In this document: one piece after another, positions 1 through 8,557 of the stretch
Layout of the letters: each line of letters starts with the position of its first letter
Numbering within the stretch: position 1 is the stretch's first letter
Source of the DNA: a virus
Taxonomy: Duplodnaviria; Heunggongvirae; Uroviricota; Caudoviricetes
Strand: one strand, 5' to 3'
Length of the DNA stretch: 27,405 nt
Virus record (IMG/VR): IMGVR_UViG_3300050500_000527
Translations under genes and position numbers: made by a program
Notes under the pieces: generated by a model
What the model saw: only the letters and a program-made list of their open reading frames with translations
Told to the model about the DNA's origin: nothing
Databases searched by the model: none

Positions 1-1865
1 TGAACTTGTAACGCAAGATGGTGGCCCGCCCTGTCCACTTCCACAATCGCGGCCTTACACTGATCGCCGGAAGAACCCTGAATCAGCCGGTTTAGCCCCT
101 TGTATGACCAGTCATAATTGCCGTTCTCATCCTTCGGGAAGCGGCAACGGCGCCCGAGGACGGTCTTGATATAGCCACGCTGCTTGGCCACCGTGGAGCA
201 GGCCTCGCTGAGCTTCCGCACGAACGGTGCATTCTGGTCGAAGCGGTCTAGCACCAGCTGACCTTGCGGCCCCGCGGCGAGCAGGCGGCGTCCGCCTTGT
301 TTCAGCGCGTCAGCGCCTTCCGGGCTATCTTCCTCGTACCACCGGCCCTTAAGCACCACCTTCACCGTGGTGGGATATCCCAGGTCCATGCAAAGCTTAT
401 AGCCGCCTTCGCCGTACATAATGCCCAGGTAGACGATCTTGGCCTCCTTGCGGGGCAGGCCAGTCAGGTCGGCCATCATCTGGTGGTTATCGGTGGTGGG
501 GTCTTCGTTATAGCGCCGCACCATTTCGGCGGCGCCCTCGAGTTTCATTGCGGCGGCGAAATGCGCGCACCAGCGCGGCTCTTGCTGGCTAAAGTCAGCG
601 CAGTACCAGGTCGCGCCTTCCTCCGGCAGGTAGATGGAGCGCCACTCCTTCGCGAATTCGTCGCGGCTGGGCTGCTGTTGGAGGTTCGGGTTCTCGCAGC
701 TCATCCGCCCGAAGCGCGCGCCGCGCAGCCCACCGTCTTCCCGCTCGCCGAAGATTTGATTCAGCGTCGTGTGGATACGACCGTCGCACATATGGTCCCA
801 CACCGACTTCGCGAAAGTGGTGCGGAGCTTATTCACCTTGCGTGCCCAGAGGATAGCCTTCAGGACGGGGTGGTCCTCGCTATTCAACAGGGCCTTATCA
901 ATCTGCGGCGCGGCCGTCTTAGCCGTGGTGGAAATAGTAATACCCGCGCTCTCCAGCGCTGGGGCGAGCGCCCGCGCCTTCCACACGTCGCCGAGGTCAA
1001 TACGGCGCCCGGTTTCGTGGTAGACGATATCGAGGGCTTTCTGCTCTTCTTCCTCGGACCACTCCTCAATCCGCCGCAGTCGGTCCTGGTCAATACGCAC
1101 CCCGCGCCGCCGCATTTTGACCAATACGGGTAGCAGGGCTGATTCTACGTCCCAGATGCGCCCGAGTTCCTGTTCGGCAATATCCTCTTCCTGCCGCGCG
1201 AGGACGCGCAGGGGCAAGTAGGCGTCCTGCTCGGCGTAAGCGCCCACGTAACGCGCCGGGAGCCGCCAGAGGCCACCCTTGGGATCTACGTTAAATTCTG
1301 CGGCCGCCTGCCGCAGTAGCGTCTCATCCTTCCCCTCCATGCCGTAACGCTCGGCTACAGCATTAAGGTTGTAGCTCATATGGAGCTCATAAATCAGCGC
1401 TGCGGCCACCATCGTATCGCGGAACGCCTGCGCACGCCGGAACACCACCTTACGCTTCCCCACGCGCTCTTCGGCGAGCCAGTCTAGGTCATAATTGAGG
1501 TGGTGACCGACGACCTCACCTTCGAAGTCCTCCGCCTGGTCAGCCAGGTAACTCCAGGCTTGGACGGGGTCTTCGACGTTATCGCCGCCGAGGTGAGCCA
1601 CGGGGATGTAATAAGCCGGGCCGTCGTCGATCGCGAAGCTATAGCCTGCAATATAATTGCTGGAGGGCTTGCGACGGACGCCCGGCCCGAGCTCGCGCAG
1701 GTCGGGGTCGCGCGTTTCGATATCGATAGCGACGCGCCGCGCCCCGCGCCAGGTCGCGGGTAACATAGAAAGCGCCGGGGGCTTCCAAGCAGCCTCCGGC
1801 GCGAACAAGTTCAGTTGTAACGTGGTGCCCCGCTTAAGCTGCTGGGCTTTGCTCAGAGACGCCAT
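1..1865 (-). CDS. polA: Family A DNA polymerase with 3'-5' exonuclease domain (3'-truncated by window edge; absent from ORF track)
   Basis: Manual minus-strand translation from ATG at 1865 (MASLSKAQQLKRGTTLQLNLFAPEAAWKPP) is open to position 1. Exonuclease motifs: AIDIETRDPDLRELGPG, HHLNYDLDW, YAEQDA. Polymerase motifs: RMSCENPNLQQQP, ADFSQQEPR (motif A), KIVYLGIMYG (motif B), LNRLIQGSSGDQ, start of LQVH (motif C). Confidence 0.96.
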   Translation of the reverse strand, partial: MASLSKAQQLKRGTTLQLNLFAPEAAWKPPALSMLPATWRGARRVAIDIETRDPDLRELGPGVRRKPSSNYIAGYSFAIDDGPAYYIPVAHLGGDNVEDPVQAWSYLADQAEDFEGEVVGHHLNYDLDWLAEERVGKRKVVFRRAQAFRDTMVAAALIYELHMSYNLNAVAERYGMEGKDETLLRQAAAEFNVDPKGGLWRLPARYVGAYAEQDAYLPLRVLARQEEDIAEQELGRIWDVESALLPVLVKMRRRGVRIDQDRLRRIEEWSEEEEQKALDIVYHETGRRIDLGDVWKARALAPALESAGITISTTAKTAAPQIDKALLNSEDHPVLKAILWARKVNKLRTTFAKSVWDHMCDGRIHTTLNQIFGEREDGGLRGARFGRMSCENPNLQQQPSRDEFAKEWRSIYLPEEGATWYCADFSQQEPRWCAHFAAAMKLEGAAEMVRRYNEDPTTDNHQMMADLTGLPRKEAKIVYLGIMYGEGGYKLCMDLGYPTTVKVVLKGRWYEEDSPEGADALKQGGRRLLAAGPQGQLVLDRFDQNAPFVRKLSEACSTVAKQRGYIKTVLGRRCRFPKDENGNYDWSYKGLNRLIQGSSGDQCKAAIVEVDRAGHHLALQV

Positions 1866-2277
1866 ACTGGACCAAAATGATTGACGCTATTACGTCCATT
1901 ACATAAGCCAGCTCAGCGCTATTCCATTCTGAGCAAAGCACGCGGAAGCATTCCTGCTCCTGGTCTTCCATCGGGTGGCGTGCGAAGAACAGCACCAACG
2001 CTTCCACCGGAACGGCGCCACGCGCAGTGCGGGCAGGGATCACCCCGCCGAACGGCGTTTCCACGGGGGCGTTGCTCAATTCGAAGAGCTTCTCCACGTA
2101 ATGGAGCGCCTTTTCCAAGTCCTCCTTGCCATTCTTGGAGCGATGGCGTGCGATATATTTGGTGGCACAACCCTCAAGGTAACCCAGGCCGTAACGCTCG
2201 ACCAGGTCCCAATGCTGAAAGTCGCCGCCCTGGGCGTAGTGGCTACCACCGACCTGGCGACTATTCGGGCTGTTCAT
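1834..2277 (-). CDS. DUF3310 (SaV-like / T7 gp1.7-related) protein, possible nucleotide kinase
   Basis: QVGGSHY...QHWDLVERYGLGYLEGCATKYIARHRSKNGKEDLEKALHY is the DUF3310 signature. Confidence 0.85.
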   Translation of the reverse strand: MNSPNSRQVGGSHYAQGGDFQHWDLVERYGLGYLEGCATKYIARHRSKNGKEDLEKALHYVEKLFELSNAPVETPFGGVIPARTARGAVPVEALVLFFARHPMEDQEQECFRVLCSEWNSAELAYVMDVIASIILVQYGVSEQSPAA

Positions 2278-2908
2278 TCAGGATATCCTCCAATGTTGTT
2301 TCGATCGATGCTGCAGAAATTTGATGCACGATTTGCCAAATCGGTACCGGCACCTTCTCTATCGCCTTGGCAAACCAGGCATAGAGAACGACGCAAGTCT
2401 CCTTAAATGCCAGGTTGCCCAGCCGGTATTGCTCACGGCTAAAGAGCAAGCATTCCAGCTTATCCACTGCCCAAAGCCAGTCCTGCTCCTCACCGGAGAG
2501 CAGCTCCAGGTTGACGCCAAGGTGGCGCCGCAAGAACTCCCGCTCCAAGCTGTCATAAACCGTGCCATATTCGGCGTCCGCCCGCAGCACCGGGCTGGGC
2601 ACGTCGCCAATATATTGCTCGGCCATATCGTGCCACAACACGGCTTTGAGCAAGGTTAGCGTCGGATTCGGGTGGAGCAGGAGAAGCAAGGACACCACCC
2701 CGAAGGAGTGGTGTCCCAAATTCTGCTCGCCAATTAGCGTCTTCGTATGGAAGCGCTTAACGTAACTGCCTTTACGCAGCGTTGCTATTCGATCCAGGGT
2801 CGACTGCAGCTCGCTCGCGGTCCATCCGGCGACGATGGAGCCAGTCTTTGCATCCGACGCGCCAGTCGTCGGCTTGGATGCGGTGGGCGATTTCGAAGGC
2901 GTCGTCAT
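2261..2908 (-). CDS. HD-domain (YfbR-like) deoxynucleotide phosphohydrolase
   Basis: VKRFHT...QNLGHHSFGV...LWHDMAEQYIGDVPSP...VDKLE matches YfbR-type HD motifs. Start uncertain because the nearest ATG (2908) lies inside the upstream gene. Confidence 0.85.
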   Translation of the reverse strand: MTTPSKSPTASKPTTGASDAKTGSIVAGWTASELQSTLDRIATLRKGSYVKRFHTKTLIGEQNLGHHSFGVVSLLLLLHPNPTLTLLKAVLWHDMAEQYIGDVPSPVLRADAEYGTVYDSLEREFLRRHLGVNLELLSGEEQDWLWAVDKLECLLFSREQYRLGNLAFKETCVVLYAWFAKAIEKVPVPIWQIVHQISAASIETTLEDILNEQPE

Positions 2909-3941
2909 AGCGTTGCTCTCGGTAAGCCTTGTGCGCATCCCGGAGAGGGACGGCAGTGCGGGTGAGGAAGGGGTCCGTCAGCCCGTCATGTTTGTTTATC
3001 CCGCCGCCGAGGAAAATGGCTAACTCCGCGTCCCACGCTATGTAGTCTGCGCGGTTATCAAATTCTTGCCGCTTCATCATCGGAATCAGCCCGTGGAACA
3101 CCGCCCCGCCCGGCCGATTGCCGCGCTGAAAAGAACTGTCCACGTAGGGGTCCCAGATCGCTTCCGCTGGGCCATCCGGAACCTTGGCAATATTTTCCCG
3201 GAGGCTGTGCCCTTCGTAGAGCCCCGTCCGCTCGTTCATCACCTTCTCGTAAAAGCCCCGATAGGCATGCCAATTGAAAGAATTCTGATAGTATCGTCCA
3301 ATGCTCACGCCAATAGAGGAAGCCAGGTATTCTAGCAGCATGCTCATATGCACAGCATTACTGCCATAGGCGCCCCAGAAAATATCGTTGGAGCGGCAAT
3401 TCACCATCATATCTAGGCGGTTATGCCGAATGTTCAGGAAGATATTCGTATTGCAGGGAACGTCTTTACTTCCGTTGTCCGCTTTCATGGAATCAACGTC
3501 CGCATCCCACATGGAAATTACTGTCCGCCGATCGTTCGGATCGTTCCTAAGCCGCTTAATAGCCCAGGGGAGCTGGTCAAAATCAAAATAGCTGCGCCAG
3601 CGACGGCCGTAACTTGCCGGTAGCACCTCGCCGTCGTCACTATAAGCCGCCATCTGCTTGGCGTAAGTGGCGAAGAACTCAACATCGTATCTCCCCCCGA
3701 GAAAGCCGAGCCCTTCCATAAAGTGGAAGAACGGGTTGGCGTCGCGCTCGTGCCAGAAGACCACGCGCTCTTGCGGCTTGCGATAGACAGTCATCACCGG
3801 GTGTTCCATGACGAACACCTCGCCATTGCGGGAGTCTTGGCTCACGCCCGTAGAAGTCAGCAGCACGTAAAGCGCCGTAGGCAGCGCAACATGGACGTTG
3901 CGAATATCAATGACGTAGGGGTTCGGCGTCGACCAATCCAT
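2772..3941 (-). CDS. Thymidylate synthase-fold dUMP hydroxymethylase (5-hmdUMP synthase)
   Basis: DANPFFH, YGRRWR, DPNDRRTVISMWD, catalytic KDVPCNT, RSNDIFWGAYGSN (Asn at the dUMP-specificity position), NWHAY. Genomic context is a 5-hmdU hypermodification cluster. Confidence 0.88.
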   Translation of the reverse strand: MDWSTPNPYVIDIRNVHVALPTALYVLLTSTGVSQDSRNGEVFVMEHPVMTVYRKPQERVVFWHERDANPFFHFMEGLGFLGGRYDVEFFATYAKQMAAYSDDGEVLPASYGRRWRSYFDFDQLPWAIKRLRNDPNDRRTVISMWDADVDSMKADNGSKDVPCNTNIFLNIRHNRLDMMVNCRSNDIFWGAYGSNAVHMSMLLEYLASSIGVSIGRYYQNSFNWHAYRGFYEKVMNERTGLYEGHSLRENIAKVPDGPAEAIWDPYVDSSFQRGNRPGGAVFHGLIPMMKRQEFDNRADYIAWDAELAIFLGGGINKHDGLTDPFLTRTAVPLRDAHKAYREQRYDDAFEIAHRIQADDWRVGCKDWLHRRRMDRERAAVDPGSNSNAA

Positions 3942-4836
3942 GCTTATACCTTCTCTTCAACTTCAGCCCCTTAAGGCCCCGAAGATATTTGCTTACCTCG
4001 CAAAACGCGAATTCGACTGTGTGCAAATTCCACTCCGGCCAGTCTTCCGGCCAATAGCGCGGGCGGCGCGAGGCTTGCAGGAACACGTCCATCACGTCCA
4101 TCATCACCGCGCGGTCCTTTTCCGAGTGGCGATTGTAAGCGGCGAGGTTGTTATGCAGCAGCAAGCCGATGCCCGCGGCGCAGCCCGGCCCCGGATTGGT
4201 CCAGGTCATCAGGTCATTAGCGTCTTCGAGGATATCGGTATGGATTAGGTCGCAAGCCACCTCAGCCGCGGTAAAATCACCCATATAGGGGAATTTCCGG
4301 ATAATCTCCCAGAGGCCGCGCTGTGAGCGGTCAGCGTGGCCGGTATTCCAGTGCCATTGTAGCAGCTGCGGCTCGCGCAGCTTGGCCTGTTCAATGATCC
4401 ACAACACCCCATCCAGCTTGGTCATGTTCGGAGGAGTCTTAATGATGTATGCGCCGGTAACCAGGGGCAACATATCTGGGCCGCGATATTCGAGCAAAGT
4501 TTCGCGCCAGGCCCGGAGGTTGTAGTCCTCCTTGAGGAGGAACGGCTTGAGCAACTCGCCCGTTTCAATGCGGTTAAAGGCCCGGAAGGCGATCGTCGCC
4601 ACCATCACCCGCGGGAAATGTCGCAGCGGGTCACGAATATGCTCACGGAACCAGGTGGTGGTTTTATCGTCTTCGCGGAAAACGTTGGTGAATCGCCAAG
4701 TAGAGAGGACCGGGTCGGTAGTCCAGGGGGCGGGTTCCCCGGCGCAGCGCCGAAGCAGAATAGAGTAACGCTCTCGGGCGTAATCGAAAAATCTGGTTAA
4801 ATGCTTGTCAGTTACCGTGCGAATATTTGAGCTCAC
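3907..4836 (-). CDS. aGPT-Pplase1 / 5-hmdU DNA kinase (helical domain) family protein
   Basis: FFDYARERYSI...PWTTDPVLSTWRFTNVFREDDKTT, FRAFNRIETG, YMGDFTAAEVACDL, NPGPG, EFAFCEVSKY are characteristic of this HhH-glycosylase-related family. Adjacent to the dUMP hydroxymethylase. Confidence 0.88.
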   Translation of the reverse strand: MSSNIRTVTDKHLTRFFDYARERYSILLRRCAGEPAPWTTDPVLSTWRFTNVFREDDKTTTWFREHIRDPLRHFPRVMVATIAFRAFNRIETGELLKPFLLKEDYNLRAWRETLLEYRGPDMLPLVTGAYIIKTPPNMTKLDGVLWIIEQAKLREPQLLQWHWNTGHADRSQRGLWEIIRKFPYMGDFTAAEVACDLIHTDILEDANDLMTWTNPGPGCAAGIGLLLHNNLAAYNRHSEKDRAVMMDVMDVFLQASRRPRYWPEDWPEWNLHTVEFAFCEVSKYLRGLKGLKLKRRYKHGLVDAEPLRH

Positions 4837-5132
4837 CTCGGCCTCCGGTCAGGACATTCGGATAAGGCCATCTTTATCCCCCAACAGCCTTGAAAACATC
4901 TGTCCAACCGTTCTTCGCGTTCCTTCGGCGCAACACGGTGCCCGCGTAGCGAAATTTCCTCCGCGCGGCACCCTGAATTGCAAAGCTTTAGGATATTCGC
5001 CCCGCGCTCACACTCTACCGTGATGTCCGGGCTGTCCAGCCGCTGAGCCAGCGCCAGGCCCGCGCTGGCCACCATGAAGCAAATCGCCCAGGCCATAACC
5101 TTTTCCGGGGCTGCGGATTGGCTTTTAACCAT
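4833..5132 (-). CDS. Small hypothetical protein, possible signal peptide and Cys pairs
   Basis: Hydrophobic MAWAICFMVASAGLALAQ followed by several Cys; stop overlaps the next ATG (ATGA). Start uncertain. Confidence 0.55.
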   Translation of the reverse strand: MVKSQSAAPEKVMAWAICFMVASAGLALAQRLDSPDITVECERGANILKLCNSGCRAEEISLRGHRVAPKEREERLDRCFQGCWGIKMALSECPDRRPR

Positions 5133-5278
5133 GCTCTAAGCTCTTCTATGGGGATGTTATCGACCGCGTCTTCGTCCGGGCCGATACGATGGGCAATCTC
5201 TGCACGCACCGGCCCGCCCGCGCGCGGACCGATAATAATGACGTTCGTACCGTCCGGAGATCAGTAATACTGGGCCAT
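5015..5278 (-). pseudogene. ORF interrupted by in-frame TGA at codon 6
   Basis: ATG at 5278 overlaps the upstream TAA (TAATG). Reads MAQYY*SPDGTNVIIIGPRAGGPVRAEIAHRIG... and is then open to TAG at 5015. Confidence 0.35.
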
Positions 5279-5484
5279 TACTCATGCACCTTGCGGTAGA
5301 GGGCGCGTGCAGGAATGTCCCATAATTTCATGTACCCGCGTTCCAGTTTCTCTGGATCGTCGACGTAGCGCAGCGCCACGGTACTCGCTGCAGGATCAGC
5401 CTCGATATAAACCGCCGAGACAATCCAAACCCGGTTTGGATTGAGCAGCGCGTCGCCGACCTGCACGTCCTTAAACTCAGTCAT
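5278..5484 (-). CDS. Hypothetical protein (68 aa)
   Basis: ATG at 5484 overlaps the kinase TGA (ATGA): MTEFKDVQVGDALLNPNRVWIVSAVY... Confidence 0.7.
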   Translation of the reverse strand: MTEFKDVQVGDALLNPNRVWIVSAVYIEADPAASTVALRYVDDPEKLERGYMKLWDIPARALYRKVHE

Positions 5485-6113
5485 GCCGCTAAAGCCCCCT
5501 GCCGCAGCCCCAGCAGCTCTAGGATCGTCGGAACGCACTCCGCCCGGCTAACCCGCCGCACCGGAATACCGCGCTCCTCGAGCACCTTGGAGGCCCGTAT
5601 AACCTCGGCGTGACGGCGGATGGTATTGTCTGGGTTAAAGGTGTTCGGATCCTGGCCTTTCCGGGCGCGCCGCTCTTTCACCGAAGCCAGGCACGTCTCT
5701 AGCGACTCGGTGAGCTCCAGGACGGTGAAGTCCGTCTTGCCGAGCCGCTCCCACAGCGCCGTAACCTGCTTTTTATCGTGGCTGAGCAACAGCCCTTCGA
5801 AGAGCACGTGCATATATTCATGATGGCGCTCCCAGATCATGTTCATAATAAATTCGTAAGTGGGGAGGGTGTCGCACCCGCCGCAATCCGCGGATTCATA
5901 ATTACCCAGGACGGCGACGTCCCGGTGGCCAGGAAATTCAGCAATGTGGTAAAGCGGCCCCTTGCGCTTCTTGCCGAAGATGGCGGGGTCCGCATAAACG
6001 GGCGTGACGCCCGCTCGGCCAGTTTTAAGCGCCCCCTCAATCGCGAGGTTGAGAATGGCCCGCATGGCCGTAGACTTACCCGACCCGCTAGTCCCACGCA
6101 CGTTTATGATCAT
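5481..6113 (-). CDS. P-loop nucleotide kinase of the type associated with 5-hmdU hypermodification loci
   Basis: N-terminal Walker A IINVRGTSGSGKST, CGGCDT, VLFEGLL, LETCLASVKERR lid region. Confidence 0.85.
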   Translation of the reverse strand: MIINVRGTSGSGKSTAMRAILNLAIEGALKTGRAGVTPVYADPAIFGKKRKGPLYHIAEFPGHRDVAVLGNYESADCGGCDTLPTYEFIMNMIWERHHEYMHVLFEGLLLSHDKKQVTALWERLGKTDFTVLELTESLETCLASVKERRARKGQDPNTFNPDNTIRRHAEVIRASKVLEERGIPVRRVSRAECVPTILELLGLRQGALAA

Positions 6114-6325
6114 TTGACGCTCCCCTGCAGAGATTTAACTTTCTGCTTAATCAGCCGCCTCACAGCCGGAAAGTGATCGGCGCCGCAACGATTGCACTCC
6201 CAGCCGGTATCCAACGTACCGCCACACAGCACGCAGCCGGTCGACTTTGTGTCAAAATCCGGTGGAAGGATATCAATGGCGAACCCGGTCCGATCCGGAG
6301 GATTTTCAACCCATTTGGGAATCAC
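6110..6325 (-). CDS. Small Zn-ribbon protein
   Basis: CVLCGGTLDTGWECNRCG (CxxC-x9-CxxC); stop coupled to the kinase start. Confidence 0.65.
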   Translation of the reverse strand: MIPKWVENPPDRTGFAIDILPPDFDTKSTGCVLCGGTLDTGWECNRCGADHFPAVRRLIKQKVKSLQGSVK

Positions 6326-6347
6326 GTCCGCTACCCCATAAGGAGTA

Positions 6348-6385
6348 TTATCGTACCCCTAAGCGGGGCTCAGGGAGTACGATAA
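6348..6385 (-). other. 17-bp intergenic hairpin
   Basis: TTATCGTAC-T-CCCTGAGC / CCC loop / GCTTAGGG-GTACGATAA, with one bulge and one G-U pair. Confidence 0.6.
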
Positions 6386-6397
6386 GACCCGTTAACC

Positions 6398-6958
6398 CTA
6401 CGCCGCTGCTTCTTCGCCCGCGGCGCCCGCCGTCGAAGCCGTCGCTTCGGCCCGCAATTGCGCGACCTCCGCGTCGCCCGCTTTCTGCGCCTTCCAATAT
6501 TCGGCGAACCGCCCGGAGGCTTCCACGAGTTGGTGCATAATTTCCAGGAACTCGGCCGTGCCGGGCTTCTGGAACATCGGGTCGCCGATGCGCGGGCTCT
6601 GCTTCGCCAGGAACGCGCCGAGCGGCCGGGTCTTGGCGTGGTAAGTGCCGATTTCCGCGTCGAGGTTGGCATCTTTCCAGATTTGGTCGATGCGGCCGAG
6701 CTGGCCCGAGTCAGCATAGAGGATCACTTCCGCTTCGCGTAGCATCTCCACCGTCACGGATTGCGAACGATGCGCTGAAAGGTCGAGCCCCTCATTTTCC
6801 AATGCCCAGTCGCGCACCTTCTTAGGGCAGGGCTTCGGCTTTTCGGTCGGCGGCTTAAACCCGGCCGTGATTACGTCGGTGAGCCCGGCTCGACGCATTA
6901 CCGCAGCGGCCAGCGGCGAGCGGCAAATGTTACCGTGGCACAAAACAAGAACTGTCAT
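6398..6958 (-). CDS. Low-molecular-weight protein-tyrosine phosphatase / arsenate reductase fold protein
   Basis: VLVLCHGNICRSPLA P-loop (Cx5R), DLSAHRSQSVT, downstream IGDP general-acid motif. Confidence 0.9.
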   Translation of the reverse strand: MTVLVLCHGNICRSPLAAAVMRRAGLTDVITAGFKPPTEKPKPCPKKVRDWALENEGLDLSAHRSQSVTVEMLREAEVILYADSGQLGRIDQIWKDANLDAEIGTYHAKTRPLGAFLAKQSPRIGDPMFQKPGTAEFLEIMHQLVEASGRFAEYWKAQKAGDAEVAQLRAEATASTAGAAGEEAAA

Positions 6959-7125
6959 GCTTCGTCCTTCTTCTTAAGACGGTGGCAACGCTGGCACCAA
7001 GTTTTGGCATGCCCGTCTACGTCATGCCAGCTCCCTGGTTGGTGACCAACGCAGCAACACCATAACCAACGCGCTGTAGCGACTATGTGGTGGATTGCAC
7101 TAAGTGCCTTCGCTTTACCAGTCAA
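6955..7125 (-). CDS. Small Cys/His-rich hypothetical protein
   Basis: Probable TTG start at 7125; WLWCCCVGHQPG...TWCQRCH; stop coupled to the phosphatase ATG. Confidence 0.5.
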   Translation of the reverse strand: MTGKAKALSAIHHIVATARWLWCCCVGHQPGSWHDVDGHAKTWCQRCHRLKKKDEA

Positions 7126-7318
7126 GCCGACCAAACCCACAACAAACAGAGCAATAAGCGCTAGGCCCTTCGTCCTCTGCTTCGAGGGGGTCGAAGTCTG
7201 GGTCAAACTCTTCCCCGTCCCCCTTGCCAGTACCTTCGCATTCCGGGCAAACAACGACGGGCTCGCCTTGCTCGTCAAAAGGATGCTCTAGTGACCAGCG
7301 GGGCGGGGAAATCACCAT
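7115..7318 (-). CDS. Small acidic protein with DnaJ-type Zn-finger repeats
   Basis: ATG at 7318 overlaps the amidoligase stop; CPECEGTG and CSVCCGFG (CxxCxGxG twice). Confidence 0.65.
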   Translation of the reverse strand: MVISPPRWSLEHPFDEQGEPVVVCPECEGTGKGDGEEFDPDFDPLEAEDEGPSAYCSVCCGFGRLDW

Positions 7319-8271
7319 TTCATCCGCGCGCCCCACTCGAAATCGTTAAAACGTCCTTCTTCTATCTCGTTGATATTATGAGCGATTTGCTTCTTCGTCC
7401 AGGTGCCGTCGTGCAACGTGGCCCGGTAGCGGATCTCTAGGGCGTGTTGGTAAGGCTCGAATACTGGGAATTTATGCCATTCTGGCCGCTTTGAGCCACG
7501 CGAACGGAACACATCCCAAGGGTTACATTCTTCCGGGAAGCTCCAATCGCTCAGCGCGCATTCCGTATAAATCTCGCACCACAACAAGCTATGGCCCAAC
7601 TCGCGCTCATCCAACGTGCCCGGGAAGTGACGAAACTCAATCGTATCCGTTTCCCGCATTTGCCGCAGATTAACCGCGCAGCGCGGCTGGGCATGCCACA
7701 TCGGCCGCCCTTTACTATCCTTCGGCACCTCAAGCTCAAAGAACTCCTGTGGGCTGGAAGCTTCCTCGATCTGATTGGTCGCACGCTCCGGAGTAAGCAA
7801 CGTGTGGTGCGAGCGCTTCCGGCGCCGGTAGCGGCGCATCGCGCCGTGATATTCCTGCTCGACGATATAATCCGAATATTTGGGCACCGGGATGGGCTCG
7901 ACCAGGTCGAGCATGCGCCAAAGCCAAAAACGATTGTAGCGAGCGAAGCGGATCAGCCCCTCAAAGTCATCCTTGAGGCCCGGAACCCGGATGTGGCAAT
8001 GGAGGTTGGAGCGATAATTAACCTTAGCTTCCGGCGCCCAGAGCTTAATTCCGCTCAGGCAGGTCATCTGTCCAACGATTGTTTCCGTCGGCGGGGTATT
8101 GATCTCGCCGCCGAAGGCGTAGAGCTTACCCTTCGGGTCATTCGCGATGCCATTGCTATTGACAATGGTGATATCACGGTCGTCCCACTTAAAGCCTTTC
8201 GGCAGCTCTTTTAAACGCGGGATATCAGCGAGCTCGTGCTCCGCTCCGAAGGTGTGCCCTACCAGCCTCAT
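7312..8271 (-). CDS. Putative amidoligase (COOH-NH2 ligase, Amidoligase_2-like)
   Basis: TFGAEHE (GxExE), GGEINTPP, VNYRSNLHCHI (HxH), RCAVNL, TIEFRHFPGTLD (EFR) match the glutamine synthetase/glutamate-cysteine ligase-related amidoligase signature. Confidence 0.85.
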   Translation of the reverse strand: MRLVGHTFGAEHELADIPRLKELPKGFKWDDRDITIVNSNGIANDPKGKLYAFGGEINTPPTETIVGQMTCLSGIKLWAPEAKVNYRSNLHCHIRVPGLKDDFEGLIRFARYNRFWLWRMLDLVEPIPVPKYSDYIVEQEYHGAMRRYRRRKRSHHTLLTPERATNQIEEASSPQEFFELEVPKDSKGRPMWHAQPRCAVNLRQMRETDTIEFRHFPGTLDERELGHSLLWCEIYTECALSDWSFPEECNPWDVFRSRGSKRPEWHKFPVFEPYQHALEIRYRATLHDGTWTKKQIAHNINEIEEGRFNDFEWGARMKW

Positions 8272-8546
8272 TTTCGACCCCGCTCTTCAAGCCACCGCGG
8301 CAAGTCTCGGTATTCGATTTCCGTCGCTCCGGACCTAATCGCATGCGCCTTCTTACTCAAACAAATATCGTAATGCGACCAAGAAGCGTCCATTCCCGGA
8401 GCTTCACAGGCCGGACGTTGATGCCAACGCCTCGCAACACCTATTTTGCGGGCCATGGCGTGAAGCTCCTCGTCTGTATCGGCGAACATATGACACATGA
8501 TCATCCGACCAAACGGCGCGCGCATTGTGTCTACAAAAACAGGCAT
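8268..8546 (-). CDS. DUF4031 family protein
   Basis: MPVFVD...GRMIMCHMFADTDEELHAMARKIG...RWHQ...SHYDICLSKKAHAIRSGA. Confidence 0.85.
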   Translation of the reverse strand: MPVFVDTMRAPFGRMIMCHMFADTDEELHAMARKIGVARRWHQRPACEAPGMDASWSHYDICLSKKAHAIRSGATEIEYRDLPRWLEERGRK

Positions 8547-8557
8547 CTGCGGCACCC

